Below the pieces are notes generated by a model. That model had not been told where the DNA came from. It made no database searches and saw only the letters and a program-made list of their open reading frames with translations. From assembly GCA_040954595.2 (NCBI GenBank), contig CM082580.2, positions 1,664,783 to 1,728,782 of the forward strand: a DNA stretch of 64,000 nt, in the 5' to 3' direction. Positions 41,660 through 54,150 of the stretch are shown here, one piece after another. Position numbers and translations under genes: made by a program. The stretch is from Balanoglossus misakiensis (lineage: Eukaryota; Animalia; Hemichordata). Position 1 is the stretch's first letter; each line of letters begins with the position of its first letter.

Positions 41660-43519
41660 CTGCAGGGAAAACACAAATATCATAAAATGTATTAGAATGA
41701 ATACATGTGAATTACAGTTGTCTTTGAGTGGACATTTGAAAATATACGACAAGAGAGCAAAATTGTGTGAAACTTAATAAATATCATCTGGCATACAACT
41801 TGGTCATATCATATGTTTATCTGTACCAGTACTGAATACTGATAAACAAACAATGTAGTAACCAAATAACATTTAACAAGGTAGTGTTTGAAAGCCAAAA
41901 ATATCATGCATAAGACAACAAACTCATTGTTTTGGCTCCGAAGTGTAAACAGAGGAGTCTGTCAAGTTGGGTATGAGCTACTACTTCCGTCTGTCAAACT
42001 ACTTCCGTCCGTCAAGAATTCATACCATTTTCTAGTAGGGGTGTGTAGCTTTATGTTTTTGGCGGTGGTGTGTAGCTTTGAGGTGTTGAGGAAGAATTGG
42101 AACAGTGACAGAAATCGGAACGGATTAGCCAGCAGTGTTTTCACTACCCGCGAGAAAACAGTTGTGTTTGGCGAGACGATTTTCATACAAATTGGTCAAA
42201 CTTGTGAAGAACTGCTATCTAACATCGTCATTTGTTTTGCCATGATCAACTTGCCACGATCAGTGCACTACAATGCGTGAAATTGGACCGCTGTTCTGTT
42301 CATTGATCATCACCCCCCCCCCCCCCCCCTGTATCATGAACATTGTAAGGCAATACATTGAATTCAGCTCTTCCAGCTAGTGGCCGCACTCGCTTGATTT
42401 CCTGTGTGTGTCTCTGGGGACACAAATAATGCATATGCGTCTTTTTCTAATTTGCATATTTTGAATTGGTTAGGTGTGCCTTGACTTGAACGCGTCAAGC
42501 GTACAGGTTGTTATGGAAGTTTCTTTTTAGAACGACTAGTGTTAGTCTGTGGGCCCAACCAGCAAAAATAAGTTCTAGAAATGTCATTATGTTGTATAAG
42601 AGTTTTGTTCTACATGAAATTAGCTGGAAATGACAGGTGGGAAACTATTGATGTGAAATCAGGTCACTTCTACCGAAAATGATGGACCAGAGAGCAATGA
42701 CTTTTTAAAATTATTTCATATACTATGGTCACAACTGCTATGCTCCCATAAACTGGGGAAACTAAATGATTGAACTTTCTGTTTGAACAATTCATGTATT
42801 TTTTTGCTAACACCTACACTACTATAGTCAGCACATGACATTACCTATATACTTGAAAATGGAGAACTTTTTATCAAAACACTTAAGCTGATCTTGAATG
42901 CTGTCTGATATTTTTTTTCAAAATATATTTCTTTCACGTTTAGACTAGTGCTTCTACTTGCACTGTTTTTTTTTCAAAACACATTTCTCATAGCTTGCAC
43001 TGGTGCAATTTGATACGACAATACACAATGAATTCCATCAGTATAACATAAGATACAAAATCTGAGAGGGAAATGACAGAATATATTTGTGTGAGGCCAT
43101 TTGTGTGTGCGGGCCATTTTAAGACTAAATTTAAAACAGTTATTAGAGCCATTGACAAGTGGTTTTTCCCTCTGCCAAGCACCCACCTTATCAAGCTTCA
43201 TTCAATATTACATGAGCAAAACAGTTCAGCATTTCACCTTGGTGTTTGCAAATTGTTCCTTTCACCCATATACCAAACCACTGCTCTCCAAACATGCTGC
43301 TCATCAGCCACTACACACTGAGAGAGCACCAGGTGTCCTTGACGCTATTTTTTTAAATTTCTAACTATGGAAAGTGCCTGATAACTTTTAATTATTTTCT
43401 GTTTTAACATGGTGACTGACTGTAAAGTCTGTCACTTACAACTTCTGTAAGCGCCCTTTTGAAGCAGGAAATGCAAATCCATTGTTGACCTATCCCCTCC
43501 CCACTCAAAAAAAACTTAC

Positions 43520-43639
43520 CTAAACAATTGACATGCTCTGCACTCAGAGAGAAACCATCATCACCACAACTACAGCTGAATCCACCCTCTGCATTGAGAA
43601 AACCTCCAGCACAAACAGAATCTGAACACTCATTCACAT
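43520..43639 (-). pseudogene. Calcium-binding EGF exon 3
   Basis: tttcag/gtaagt, 120 nt, phase 1-1. DVNECSDSVCAGGFLNAEGGFSCSCGDDGFSLSAEHVNCL; third Cys replaced by Phe. Confidence 0.9.
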
Positions 43640-43956
43640 CTGAAAATAGAGAGAAAAAAACATCGGTTGTAATTATTCAAGTCAATACCAATCCTCCCTT
43701 CCTTTAAAAATTTCCATAAAGTGAACAAATTCACATGGCTTTGAAATTAGTATTAACAGTGATATTTCTAATATTTCTAACAGGCCTGACTTTTCTAAAC
43801 TTTGAGTTTCTTTGTGGATTTGTAGAAATGATCTACAAACTGAGCTGTCAGGTCATAACTGTTTGTGCTTTGGCATGTACACATATCCCAGTATGCCCTA
43901 CATGGTTGGCAGTGAAATTGATAAAATCTTCACCTAAGATTTCAAACTCGTAGATC

Positions 43957-44363
43957 TTAATAGATTCTCACACTCCTGGCATGCTGAGAGTGTGGGATCA
44001 GAGTGTGAGAACAAATCAATCCCACACACTCACTGAATCGAAAGCTGTATATGACGCGAGCGCCGATTGGATGACAAAGCGTTTTTTAATAACGTGCGCT
44101 AAATGTTATCCAATGACACGATAAAGAAACTACATGCCAGATGACAATTCAAGAGTCATTTATTCAATGTTTTAAGACGAATTTAGCTAATTTGTGCCCG
44201 TGTGAGAAATATAATCTCATACACAAAGGACCTATGATCATATTTCCCACACTCGTCAGGGATATTTTGTCCCACACTCGCCTGCGGCTTGTGTGGGACA
44301 TAAAATCCCCAACTCATGTCAGAATTATGACCCCTAGTCCTTGGGAGTGTGAGATTCTATTAA
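43957..44363. mobile_element. Non-autonomous inverted-repeat element (MITE; superfamily uncertain)
   Basis: TTAATAGATTCTCACACTCC ... GGAGTGTGAGATTCTATTAA (19/20 inverted match). Confidence 0.7.
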
Positions 44364-45344
44364 TCTCACAACCTTAGGACCTGGGATAAGATTTCTCAGA
44401 TGAGTTGGTGATATTTTGGCTTGTGTTAGTCAACATATACCTGATAAGTGTAAAAAATTGCGTCAAGGACACAGTGGTCCCATTCAGTCTACACGGAGTA
44501 CATATACACAGTCAGATCGCACGGTGCTCATTTGCATATGAAAGTTCATCAAGCGAGCGACCGTTAACTTTCAAACAGACGGCAATAGGCCAGTTTTCAA
44601 GGTGATTTTCAACTTGATTTTTACGCTCTGTTGTGCAATAAAATACCATGTTAGCTGGATAAATTACGAAAGTGATTCCCATTTTTCACTGCATACGTAA
44701 ATTTTATGAAAATCTGTGGTAATAGTAAAAGTTTTTAACGTGTTTTCGGTGGTATGTTGGTGACCCCGAAAGAGACGTCCACAAACGTGTCAAAAATCAT
44801 TTGAAAACGACCTCAGAAAGTAACCAAACTTTCCTGATAGAGAGGTCTAATATCGGTCCCAACATCCGTGAAAAGAAATTAATTTGAAATGCTTGCGTAA
44901 CAGGAAGTGTTGCATTGATCGTGAAACGATAAGTTTACCATGGGGAAACAGTCTTTGAAAGGCAATTCTTAAGTAAAACAGTTACTGGATAATGGATAAC
45001 ACCCTAAGGTAACATATTAGCCAAGTTTTAACTTAATTACTGGCCTGATTTCGACACAACATCGATCAATCGCCTACAAATGTAGGTCCCATATGGACAG
45101 AATGCCAGGTTTACCATACATGACTACGTACGTGTGAGGAGCACAGCTGGTGTATTTTTTTTTCTCCGTATCATGGCCTGGGATATAAGTAGATGTTTCG
45201 AAAATGCAAAATGCCAACTGTAACTTCGAAACCATTTCCCTTTATTCGCTGATGATATGTGCAATAAATATTTGTGTCTGAAGGCAAGCAATTTTGTTTT
45301 GACTTTTGTTGTCATCATTGCATTGGGCTGAACATGACAGAGTT

Positions 45345-46040
45345 TGAGCTGATCAGCTGACTTCAAGTTTCGATTTGGAACATATAATTTGATCATATCA
45401 GACAGATATGATGGTCCAAGTCTATGAATGAATTCAAAAATAAGAAATAACATCTTGAAAACAATACGATCAGACACAGGTAACCAATGCAACTGAAATT
45501 GCATTGATGTAAAAGGTGATTTTGGAACTAGCAGCAATATTTTGAACTTGAATACGACTGATCTCGTACTTAGGGAGCCCAAATAAAAGTGAATTACACA
45601 AATCTATTCGAAATGCAACAAAAGCAGGAACTTTATTGCTCTGTGGCGGCTTGAGATAAATATTTACAGACAAGTGCAATATGCTGCAAATGAAAAGCGA
45701 CTGAATGGCAGATCTGTGCAATCATTGTCAGACAATGAACAGGTTTCAGAGCATCACATGAATTTCTGTAATCCCTCTGGCAGATAGATTACCCGAAGTA
45801 GCAGAAAAAATAACAAATTCAGTCTTATCGTTATTTAAACACAAGACATTTTCAGACATCCAGTACCGCATAAAGCATTCTGGGAGCATTCTCGTTGGTA
45901 AAAGACAATGAAGAGCCATCTGCATAAAAGCTATATACAGGCATCCATGACTAGAAACTAATTTCCCTAATGGAGAAGTGTACATATTAAAAAGTAGAGG
46001 ACAAAGAAGTGATCGTTGTGTTACCGCAGTGTCAAGCAGA
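45345..46040 (-). mobile_element. Degraded L2/CR1-group LINE ORF2 fragment
   Basis: Frameshifted motifs PLLFNMYTSPLG, a YAD-type RT remnant, WMSENVLCLNNDKTE, RIDLCNSLLFGLP, LHWLPVSDRIVFK, GPSYLSD. Confidence 0.85.
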
Positions 46041-46184
46041 TAAAATGGTGATTGTTTGGAACACGGTTATAGTAACCATGTCTGAAATTAACACATACAC
46101 ACTGGGTGCGATTGAAAAGGTATGACTGAAACCACAACAGGGCTGCAACCCCCAAAAGACCAAATCAATTTCTTTGATGATTCA

Positions 46185-46640
46185 TTAAATGTCATCACAG
46201 TCACCATCATTGGAATCACAATCACCATTCTTTGAATAATCAGTTTGTTTTTCTTCCGTCCAGTTATATTCATCAGTCAGTTCGTCAAAGTCAGAATCAG
46301 TCTCGTAAATATTTCCCTCTTCTTCTCTTAAAATGTCAAATTCATGTGACTCCTGTAAAATTGCATCAATGCTATTTTCCATATTATGATGTTCAGTATC
46401 AGTGATTGGTGATGGTGATTCTAATAGTGGTGACTTATCTGTATATTTTGGGCATACCCCATACTTTTTCGATGTGGTACAGAATCCAGGATTCCCATTA
46501 TGTGGATTACTGCAGTCATTACATCGACACGCAGGGCCACAACCATTGTGGGTCTTATAACATTTACAACATCTGCTATTACAAGTTGGCATCTTTTTGC
46601 AGCCACACCCTTTTGTTAGCAACTCCAAATTATTTTTCAC
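46185..46640 (-). pseudogene. Academ C-terminal Cys-rich (tesmin/CXC-like) domain and acidic tail
   Basis: GCGCKKMPTCNSRCCKCYKTHNGCGPACRCNDCSN followed by a D/E-rich tail. Confidence 0.8.
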
Positions 46641-47068
46641 TTTTTCTAAATTGGCATCACTGTCCTAAATAATATCAAGTTCGCCGTTGCTTAGTCTGTA
46701 TCCATAATTATTGAATAAGGGAAACGTAACATGGCACTGATCGGCCTGGGACCATAACTGAGAGACCCAGCATGATCTTTTCCAGTGCAGTTGTAGGGCT
46801 TCAAAGGAAGGGATACATTCTTCCTCATACTGGATACGTGGGCAAATTGTTTCTCGTATATATGTAAGCCATTTGATGTGGTTATCTTTAAGACTGTTAG
46901 TGACACTGGCTACTTGTCGATAAAGTTCAAAAGGATGAGATGCATCAAATGCTTGGAAATGTTTCTTAACATAAACACTACCTTTTAAACGTATGAAAGC
47001 AAAAATTCCATTCCCTACACTGTCTACTGTTGTGTCTATCAGTGTTCCAGGTATAAGGGTGCCACTAG

Positions 47069-47581
47069 TTATAAATTCAGAGTATTGAAAAAATGTCTTG
47101 TAGAAAGATTTCCTTCCGATGCCTGCAAAGTATAGTCACAACCTGTGCATATGAACAGTGTTTGAAATATTTTGCCTAAATATTGGAGGGGAATATGTTG
47201 CAAATCAGGGTCTAAATTTAAATCTGATTTGAATTGATTCATGTCTAAATAAGTGAGATTTGATAAATCATTATCAAGTTGTACAAATATCTCCTTTTGA
47301 ACATGTTGATATAGTACTGGGAGGAGAACATGATAAGTATCGGTATCAGGGGAGTAAATAACACCTTTCTTGTAAGAGGACTGAACTGCATGAAGGATGC
47401 ATCTACTGTCAGCTTCTTCATGACAACTTTTGGCTTCCCACTCAGACACAATTCCATTACTACCAACGAAAAGATTCTTGTCCCTATTTTCTCCATCAAA
47501 GCCACCTGCTGTAATGAGGACCTGATCACCTTGCAGAGCCGGCACAATTATTTTTAAAGATGTGGCTGACAAGAAGTTCAC
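47069..47581 (-). pseudogene. Academ XPG/FEN1-like nuclease domain fragment
   Basis: Motifs SCHEEADSRCILHA, YSPDTD, FICTGCDY; frameshift just after TGCDY. Confidence 0.85.
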
Positions 47582-47624
47582 TAGTTTTCTCTTGTTTGGC
47601 TTACAATTGATGTATGTTTTGAGC

Positions 47625-48680
47625 TAATATTATTGATTACCTATTTTTTATGCATTTTTTTGTATTTTTCCATGTTATTAGTAAAAAGTCTTCATTTCTG
47701 AAAGTGATGGGCTTACTTCTTTGAAATTTAGCATGAAGCTTCCTAATGGTTGTCTGAGTAACCATAGTTTTGTTCAAATTGTTGCAAAATTTGCATATTT
47801 ATAATTTTGAGCAATATTTGCCATTTTTGGTCAATTTATTTTTCTTTAAAACCGCATGCCAGATTGCTTTGCAATTTGGTAGGCATGTTCGTAGGTGTAA
47901 GTCAAGTAATATGTTGTAAAAAATGTGATATTTTCATAAATGTGTTATCGGGGAAACTTTTGCAATTTTTGTCAAAAATTGTTTTCCTGAAACTGTTTGT
48001 CATATTGCATAGAACTTTGGCAGCATGTTCCTTGTAGTGATTGAGGTAAGGTATTGTACAATTTTGTGTTTTTGCCACTTTTGAACAAATATCTTTTGTG
48101 AAACTGCTTGTTGATTGCTTTGAAATTTGTTTTTTCTCTGATTGCTTTGAAATTTGGGATATAATTTCATAACACATACATGTATATGTGCAACTTTTAT
48201 TCAATTCTGATATCAGAAATATTCAATATTTAGCGAGTTTTTATGAAAGTTTCTTTGTTTTTGGTTAGCAAATCTTCTCCTTAACCAATTATCCAGTTGT
48301 TTTGAAAGTTACTGTTTACAAGGAGTCGTTACCCCCAACTTAGACATGTTTACATAACTTCAATAAGCCAGCTGTCAGAGAGACCATGGGCTATTAAATT
48401 TTTAATTACCAGTGGCAGGTCAGTGTGTGTGTGTGTGTGTGTGTGTGTCTGTCTGTCTGTCTGTTCCAGGGCTGACTGAAAGAAGTTGCTTCTCATATGT
48501 GTTTGTACAGACAATTTTTGGTCAATTTTTGGGCATGTTCCTTGTTAATGTTTTTACATTCCATATTTCTATATCGTAAGATCATATCTGCTTGCAATGT
48601 CACCTGTAATTTTTATTCTGGTGTGTCACTGTTTCTACATAATCCTCAAATGGGACCACAGTGTCCTTGACGCTATTTTT
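47625..48680. mobile_element. Non-coding insertion(s) in the Academ ORF with (GT)n(GTCT)n microsatellite, HINE-like
   Basis: Interrupts coding fragments; microsatellite at ~48423-48464; TTTGCATAT-rich degenerate core. Boundaries approximate. Confidence 0.5.
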
Positions 48681-49265
48681 CGCTGTGTCATCTGAAAATA
48701 TATTAGTTAGCTCCCTGGCGGTATTAAGTGGTGAAAATACATCAGCACCTTCAAGACAATTGATATACAACCTGCAGTTTGACTCATTTATTTTATGTAC
48801 GCTAACTGAATTATGGGTTTCATTTTGGAAAGGAAATAACTGATCTTTTAGATTCTTGGCAGCCATAGCTCTATAGGGTAAATAAATTGCTATTCTCTCC
48901 ATTAACCCACCTGTAGAAGTATGCAATGCAGCTTTAACATCTTTATTGACACACATTTCATGGGCTTCATCTAGTGCTACATTAACCCAAGTTGAGCCTG
49001 ACAAATTGCAAACAAAACCACCTGCTTTGAAATGTAACAACAGAGAGTTTGGCATCTTCAGAAGGTCAGCGAGATGTCTGGGAATTAACCTCAAGTACAG
49101 GGATCGGTCATATGCATGGAACAGTGGGTTCATTTGTTTCAAAGCCAATATTCGAAGGTTCCAATTTCCTGACCTTATTGCAATGTACAAAGACATGTAT
49201 GCAAACAAATCTTCCTCTATAAATCTAACCCAAAATTTGAAAGTTTTGTCTGTATTTGCCCATCT
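48680..49265 (-). pseudogene. Academ transposase C-terminal part
   Basis: FWVRFIEEDLFAYMSLYIAIRSGNWNL...FHAYDRSLY and ALDEAHEMCVNKDVK (candidate catalytic Glu region). Confidence 0.8.
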
Positions 49266-49879
49266 GCACAGTACGTGAAATATCCCATGATTCATTCTGA
49301 TTTGTACAATCATTTACTCAGTCAAACCAGGCAAAGTTAACATGTGTAGAGAGAATTGTACACCACTAATATAAATTTTGAGATCTTACTTTTAAGGTGA
49401 ATCTTATTGTCAATTACCATTTCAAATGATTTAGAAAATTATGCATTATTGAGAGAGGAGATACGAATTTTATAAAATAATCAAGCAATTGCATAGCCAG
49501 CCATACAAAAAAGTTTGGAGTAAAACAGGGTCACTTGTAAAACCTGTTTAATCAAACAAAAATATATTGATTTTTTCTATTGACAGAACAATGGAAATTT
49601 ACATGTTAACTTTCAACAGAGACTGGCCACCTCAGTTAGTCATTGCTTGTTTCCCCTAAAGTGTGACATTTGCAGTACATTGATACTTTGATTTCTATGG
49701 CTTTTAAATTTTGATTTTGAAATTTACATTCTAATTCCTCAACGTACTTTTCCTAGATAAAAATAAATAGATTTATATGTACTTCATATCATTGTTAGTA
49801 TCTAAAACAGAAAAAGTTATTAAATGGGCAACCTTCGATGATACAAATAACGGAGACTTGTGGGTAAAATATCGTACTA

Positions 49880-51524
49880 TGTTCTGTCACAAAAAATCTG
49901 AAATTCCTCTTGCAAGCCAGTAAGTTGAGCCTTAAGGTCACCATTAATTTTGTCAATATGATCAGCTTTATCTTCAGTACATTCCAAACATTTTGTGACA
50001 GCTTCTAGTAAACATTTTTGGACTGTTTCTGTATCTAAGGGACAGTGCTGGGTATTATGGGTTTCACCCCTCTGATTCAAAAAGGAATTGACAAGACATC
50101 TAAACATACGTTCCCAAATTTGTGTTGGGAAGCGATGAGTTAGCTTGAAATTTGTACACTGAACTAGGGTTTCCGAAGTTCCCCCTTTATGATTGAACCC
50201 TGCCAGATGTTTTAAGATGGGTCCCTAGGATCTTTTTGCTCGTTGCTATGGGCCTTTATAGGACATTACACCCCGATTTGGACTAAGCCGTTTTCAGAGT
50301 CTAACAAGGGGCTGGTAACTAGTTGAAAATCTGCACGATTGTGAGCGCGCGCCCCCTGACGCCATTGATATGCAAATTAGCTAGGTCAAATTTCAAAAGC
50401 CTAAGGCTTTTTATTCCGTGACCTCAAAAACGAACTTGATACGTATTCATTAGTTGCTTGAACCAGGGAAGATCGTGACGGATTTTGTTTTCGAATATTA
50501 TCGTTGTATCCTACGATTTCAGCATACCCGTACCACATCTGAAAAAGTCATCGATTTTGGGTGTTTTTGGACGCACTCTTCCACCGGTATCGCTTCTTAG
50601 CACGACGAAAACAGAAAAAAACGATCCGTCACACTGTGCGGAAGTACGTTCTCAACAAGCAGGTCAAATTTGACTGGCGTACGTGGCCTATGAAAAAAGC
50701 CTTAGGGATTTTCGTGAACGGTACAAAATCTCTGTGTACAAAACATTGGATTTTTAGCGTTCGATCCAGTTACTGTGGTTACAGGACGCGCACGCTATCG
50801 CTGACCGCTGCTTTGCCGTATTAGCGTGGCGGCCTATGGCCGGGCGGTAGCTGCCGTAAACATACTCGGACATGGGGTGTGCACACAATCGTGCAGATTT
50901 TCAACTAGTTACCAGCCCCTTGTTAGACTCTGAAAACGGCTTAGTCCAAATCGGGGTGTAATGTCCTATAAAGGCCCATAGCAACGAGCAAAAAGATCCC
51001 AGGGACCCATCTTAAGTCAGCATCCCAGAATATTTTCATGATGACTGGTTGGTAATTTTTTAGAGTATGCCAGTCTCCGATAAAAGGCTGCAACCAGTCT
51101 AAATCTGCACCATACATGTCTTTTAACTTTATCAGGTGATGGAAAGTTTTCCCATCACCAACCACAACCAGGTATTTTATTCTTACACCAACTCTGAATG
51201 TAACATATACAGCTTATTGATAATGTTATGGACAGTTTCAATAGAGTCTGCGTGTTCACTTGATATGCCCAAATAAATGACATTTGAGCATTCACTGTCA
51301 TTACTGTTAGCAGTTGTTGCTAATGTTGATTTAAAATCCCCAAATACTGTTTCTATATCAGCTCTGTGCATTGTATTTTTTGTAGAGCAAAAATGAATGC
51401 GTCAGAAAACAGTTCTGACCAAGCAATGGCTTCTTCTTGTTTAATGTCAAAATCTGACAGCGAAATTGATGACTGTGGTTGATGTTGTCTCAGTAGAGGT
51501 GGTTTAATTAAATACAACATCATC
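49880..51524 (-). pseudogene. Academ transposase central part (split by MITE, frameshifted)
   Basis: VVGDGKTF...WLQPFIGDWHTLKNYQ. Removing the 50216-51011 insertion and one TTAA restores ...WDADLKHLAGFNH...IWERMFRCLVNSFL in frame. Confidence 0.82.
50216..51011. mobile_element. Non-autonomous TIR element with TTAA TSD (Kolobok-like)
   Basis: ~128-bp near-perfect TIRs GATGGGTCCCT...GCACGATTGTG; TTAA on both sides (50212-50215, 51012-51015). Purine-purine terminus fits Kolobok rather than piggyBac. Confidence 0.85.
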
Positions 51525-51538
51525 ATGAACAGTATCAT

Positions 51539-53256
51539 ATGATAAACCTGGGGGTTTTATGTGGGAGCAACAGCCTATAAAATCCCTTGGGGTTTTCTTT
51601 GGATACGATCGACTGAAATGTCTACTTTTGAAATGGGAAAAGAAAATTGAAAGGCTTAAAAGCGTGCTCAACATCTGGTCACGACGTAAGCTGAGCCTTT
51701 ATGGCAAAATTACGGTTTTAAAGTCTTTGGCACTGCCCACAATTTACTACCTTATGCTTAATCTTGGTGCTTTTGAAACGTGGCTCACGAATATCAACCG
51801 TCTTATTTTCAAATTTCTGTGGAATGACAAGCCAGACAAAATCAAAAGGCTCACACTCATTGCCCCTTATGATTGCGGGGGACTAAACATGCCTGACATT
51901 TTTGCCATCCATGACGCCTTTTGTTCATCATGGGTTCGTAGATTATGTGACAATTCCTCTGCCAAATGGAAGGCCTTGCCACTGCATTGGCTCGGGCACT
52001 ATGGTCCAGATTTTCTTATTTTTCATTTCAATTTTAGCAACATTTCCTGTTTCCCATTTCTCGAGAGAATTCCCTTTTTCTATAAACAAGTAATTTCAGC
52101 TTGGCATAGTGCAAAAGGTGGTTGCGTCACTTTCTCCAAACTCAGTAATTTAGATGTGCGTAATCAAATTATCTGGGGTAATGTCAACATTTCAGATAAT
52201 GGTAAGACTCTTTTTTTCCCTGGTTGGATTCACTCAAATATTATCTATGTCCAGGACATTGTCGATACCAACGGCGATTTTCTTCCACCTACACTGTTGT
52301 TACAAAAACTCGAGAATAAGTCAAATTGGATAGTTGAATGGATTAAGTTGCGGAATCTTATTCCCAGAGAATGGAAGTCTGTGTTGAAAGGTACTCAGTT
52401 GCATCAGATGCGTAGAGAAAAGAATTTTCTTCATGTCAATGGAAAAGTTTTTGTTTTACCTAATGATCTGTCTCGCCTTACTTCAAAATTTTTTACAGTA
52501 TTTTTGTGCAAAATCGTTTTATTCGTCCATATTGTGAAAATACATGGAATCGTCGTTTGACCATGACTACTCCACTACAGTGGAGAACTATATGGGTTAA
52601 CCAAACGACTGGATTGTGTTGTGATAGGAAACTTGCTGAATTTAACTTTAAGATTATGCATAACATTTTGCCATGTGGCATCAATCTTTTAAGATGGAAA
52701 ATTAGTAAAAATGATCTATGTTGTCTTTGAAATGTAACTGATTCTTATGAGCATCTATTTTTAAAATGTCAACGTTTAGGGGATTTTTGGCAGCGTTTAT
52801 CTGCTTTGCTCAGCAAACTTGGCATATGTCATGAGGTCGACTTAGAAACTATTATTCTTGGTTACAAAACTATGTACAGTCATCCTCTTTATAGATTTGT
52901 AAACATTGTCATTACTATTGCAAAGTATTGTGTATTCGCTTCATGGGTCCATTTACAACATGATATTAACAGCATTAGAGCAAAAATCAATTTCGATATA
53001 TTTTACAGATATCTACAATTTATGCACCAAATACTCAAAAGGAATAATAATCTAGATTTCACCCATTATTGGAAGAAAATCCTTGCTTCCGTCTGAGATG
53101 TAATTATTTTGTTAAACAAATGTACCTGGTGAATCTCTTTTTATATAGTATTATTTTTTATTTATTTATTTATTTATTTATTTATTTCATCAAAACACGA
53201 TTTATCTTTATGATACATGTAAGATTAAATGAATGGAAATAAAAAAAAAAAAAAAA
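51539..53256 (+). mobile_element. 5'-truncated L1/Tx1-clade LINE (ORF2 C-terminal region, 3' UTR, poly(A))
   Basis: Motifs IKSLGVFFG, WSRRKLSLYGKITVLKSL, FLWNDK...GGLNMPD and zinc-knuckle CCL*...EHLFLKC. AATAAA plus A-tail. TSD ATGAACAGTATCAT at 51525-51538 and 53257-53270. One frameshift and one stop are visible. Confidence 0.93.
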
Positions 53257-53270
53257 ATGAACAGTATCAT

Positions 53271-54123
53271 TGAATTTTTTCTCCGTAAATGTACAGGCTT
53301 TACTCACAGGTGCACTCAAACCTGTACCAGTATTTTTTGAGATAGATCTGTCAACCATGATTTTAGTATTATTTCCACAAGGAAAATTGGCCAAAATTTT
53401 ATTCATTTCAGAGTCTACTGTATTTTGTGAACAAAAGCCACTGTTTAATTCCTGACACCGTTCAAATGAATTCTTTGCATTTTCACTCACCAGACTATCT
53501 TTTCTTTTAATTAACTGCCTGTTAAGAAGCAAATCATAATGGCCTGGTTGACCTGGCCTGTCTGGTGTGTACAAGAGACAGACAGGCTCAGTCTTGGAGA
53601 ACACATCACCATCACCTCTTGCAAATATATCATTCTGCTTGGTGTATATATGTCCTTCAAAGTATATATGATTGGCACGCATTATGTCTACTGTATCTGC
53701 TCTTAACTTGTCTGTGAATATTTTCTCTCGGTCAGCTAAAATTGGGTCAGAAGGGAGTCCATTAAGTAGACGATCACAATTTCGTAATGCAAAATCATTT
53801 CTCACAGAGATGCTCCTGAAAAAGCACCTTCCATCACCATAAATGTTGATTAGCTGAAAATCTTTGACAGTTGAATGTTTGTCATGACTGCCAAAAACAA
53901 TATCATCAATACTGTTCAGAATTGACTTTGATTTTGGTTGGACCATTCGATAAGAAGTACCGTGGAAACCTCTGTCCTTTGGATCAGCTCTAACAGCTGC
54001 ATATTTAGCTGATTTATCAATATTGTCAATGGAAGTTAAACAAAATGCATTATTTGCAATATTTTCCTCTGTGAAATCAGCTGATGTTCTTTTGTTGATC
54101 ACTCCCAACATGTATCTATGCAA
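53271..54123 (-). pseudogene. Academ transposase N-terminal catalytic segment with embedded OTU-like domain
   Basis: SIDNID...FHGTS motif, then IYGDGRCFFRSIS and PGHYDLL in one open frame. Confidence 0.8.
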
Positions 54124-54150
54124 TGTATCTCCAGAACAAATAATACCAAA

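Noticed and set aside
41546-41752. ORF ending MTMSAIKLVGHHANEY...
   Set aside because: Wrong frame; the phase-1 frame encodes a cbEGF module.
42974-43201. AWQREKP as a possible MED25 ACID (EWQEKPK) remnant
   Set aside because: Only a short resemblance; surrounding residues and splice sites do not fit.
53182-53270. HFFFFFYF C-terminus of ORF 53182..54123
   Set aside because: Read-through into the antisense poly(A) tail of the inserted LINE; the true ORF resumes beyond the TSD at ~51524.
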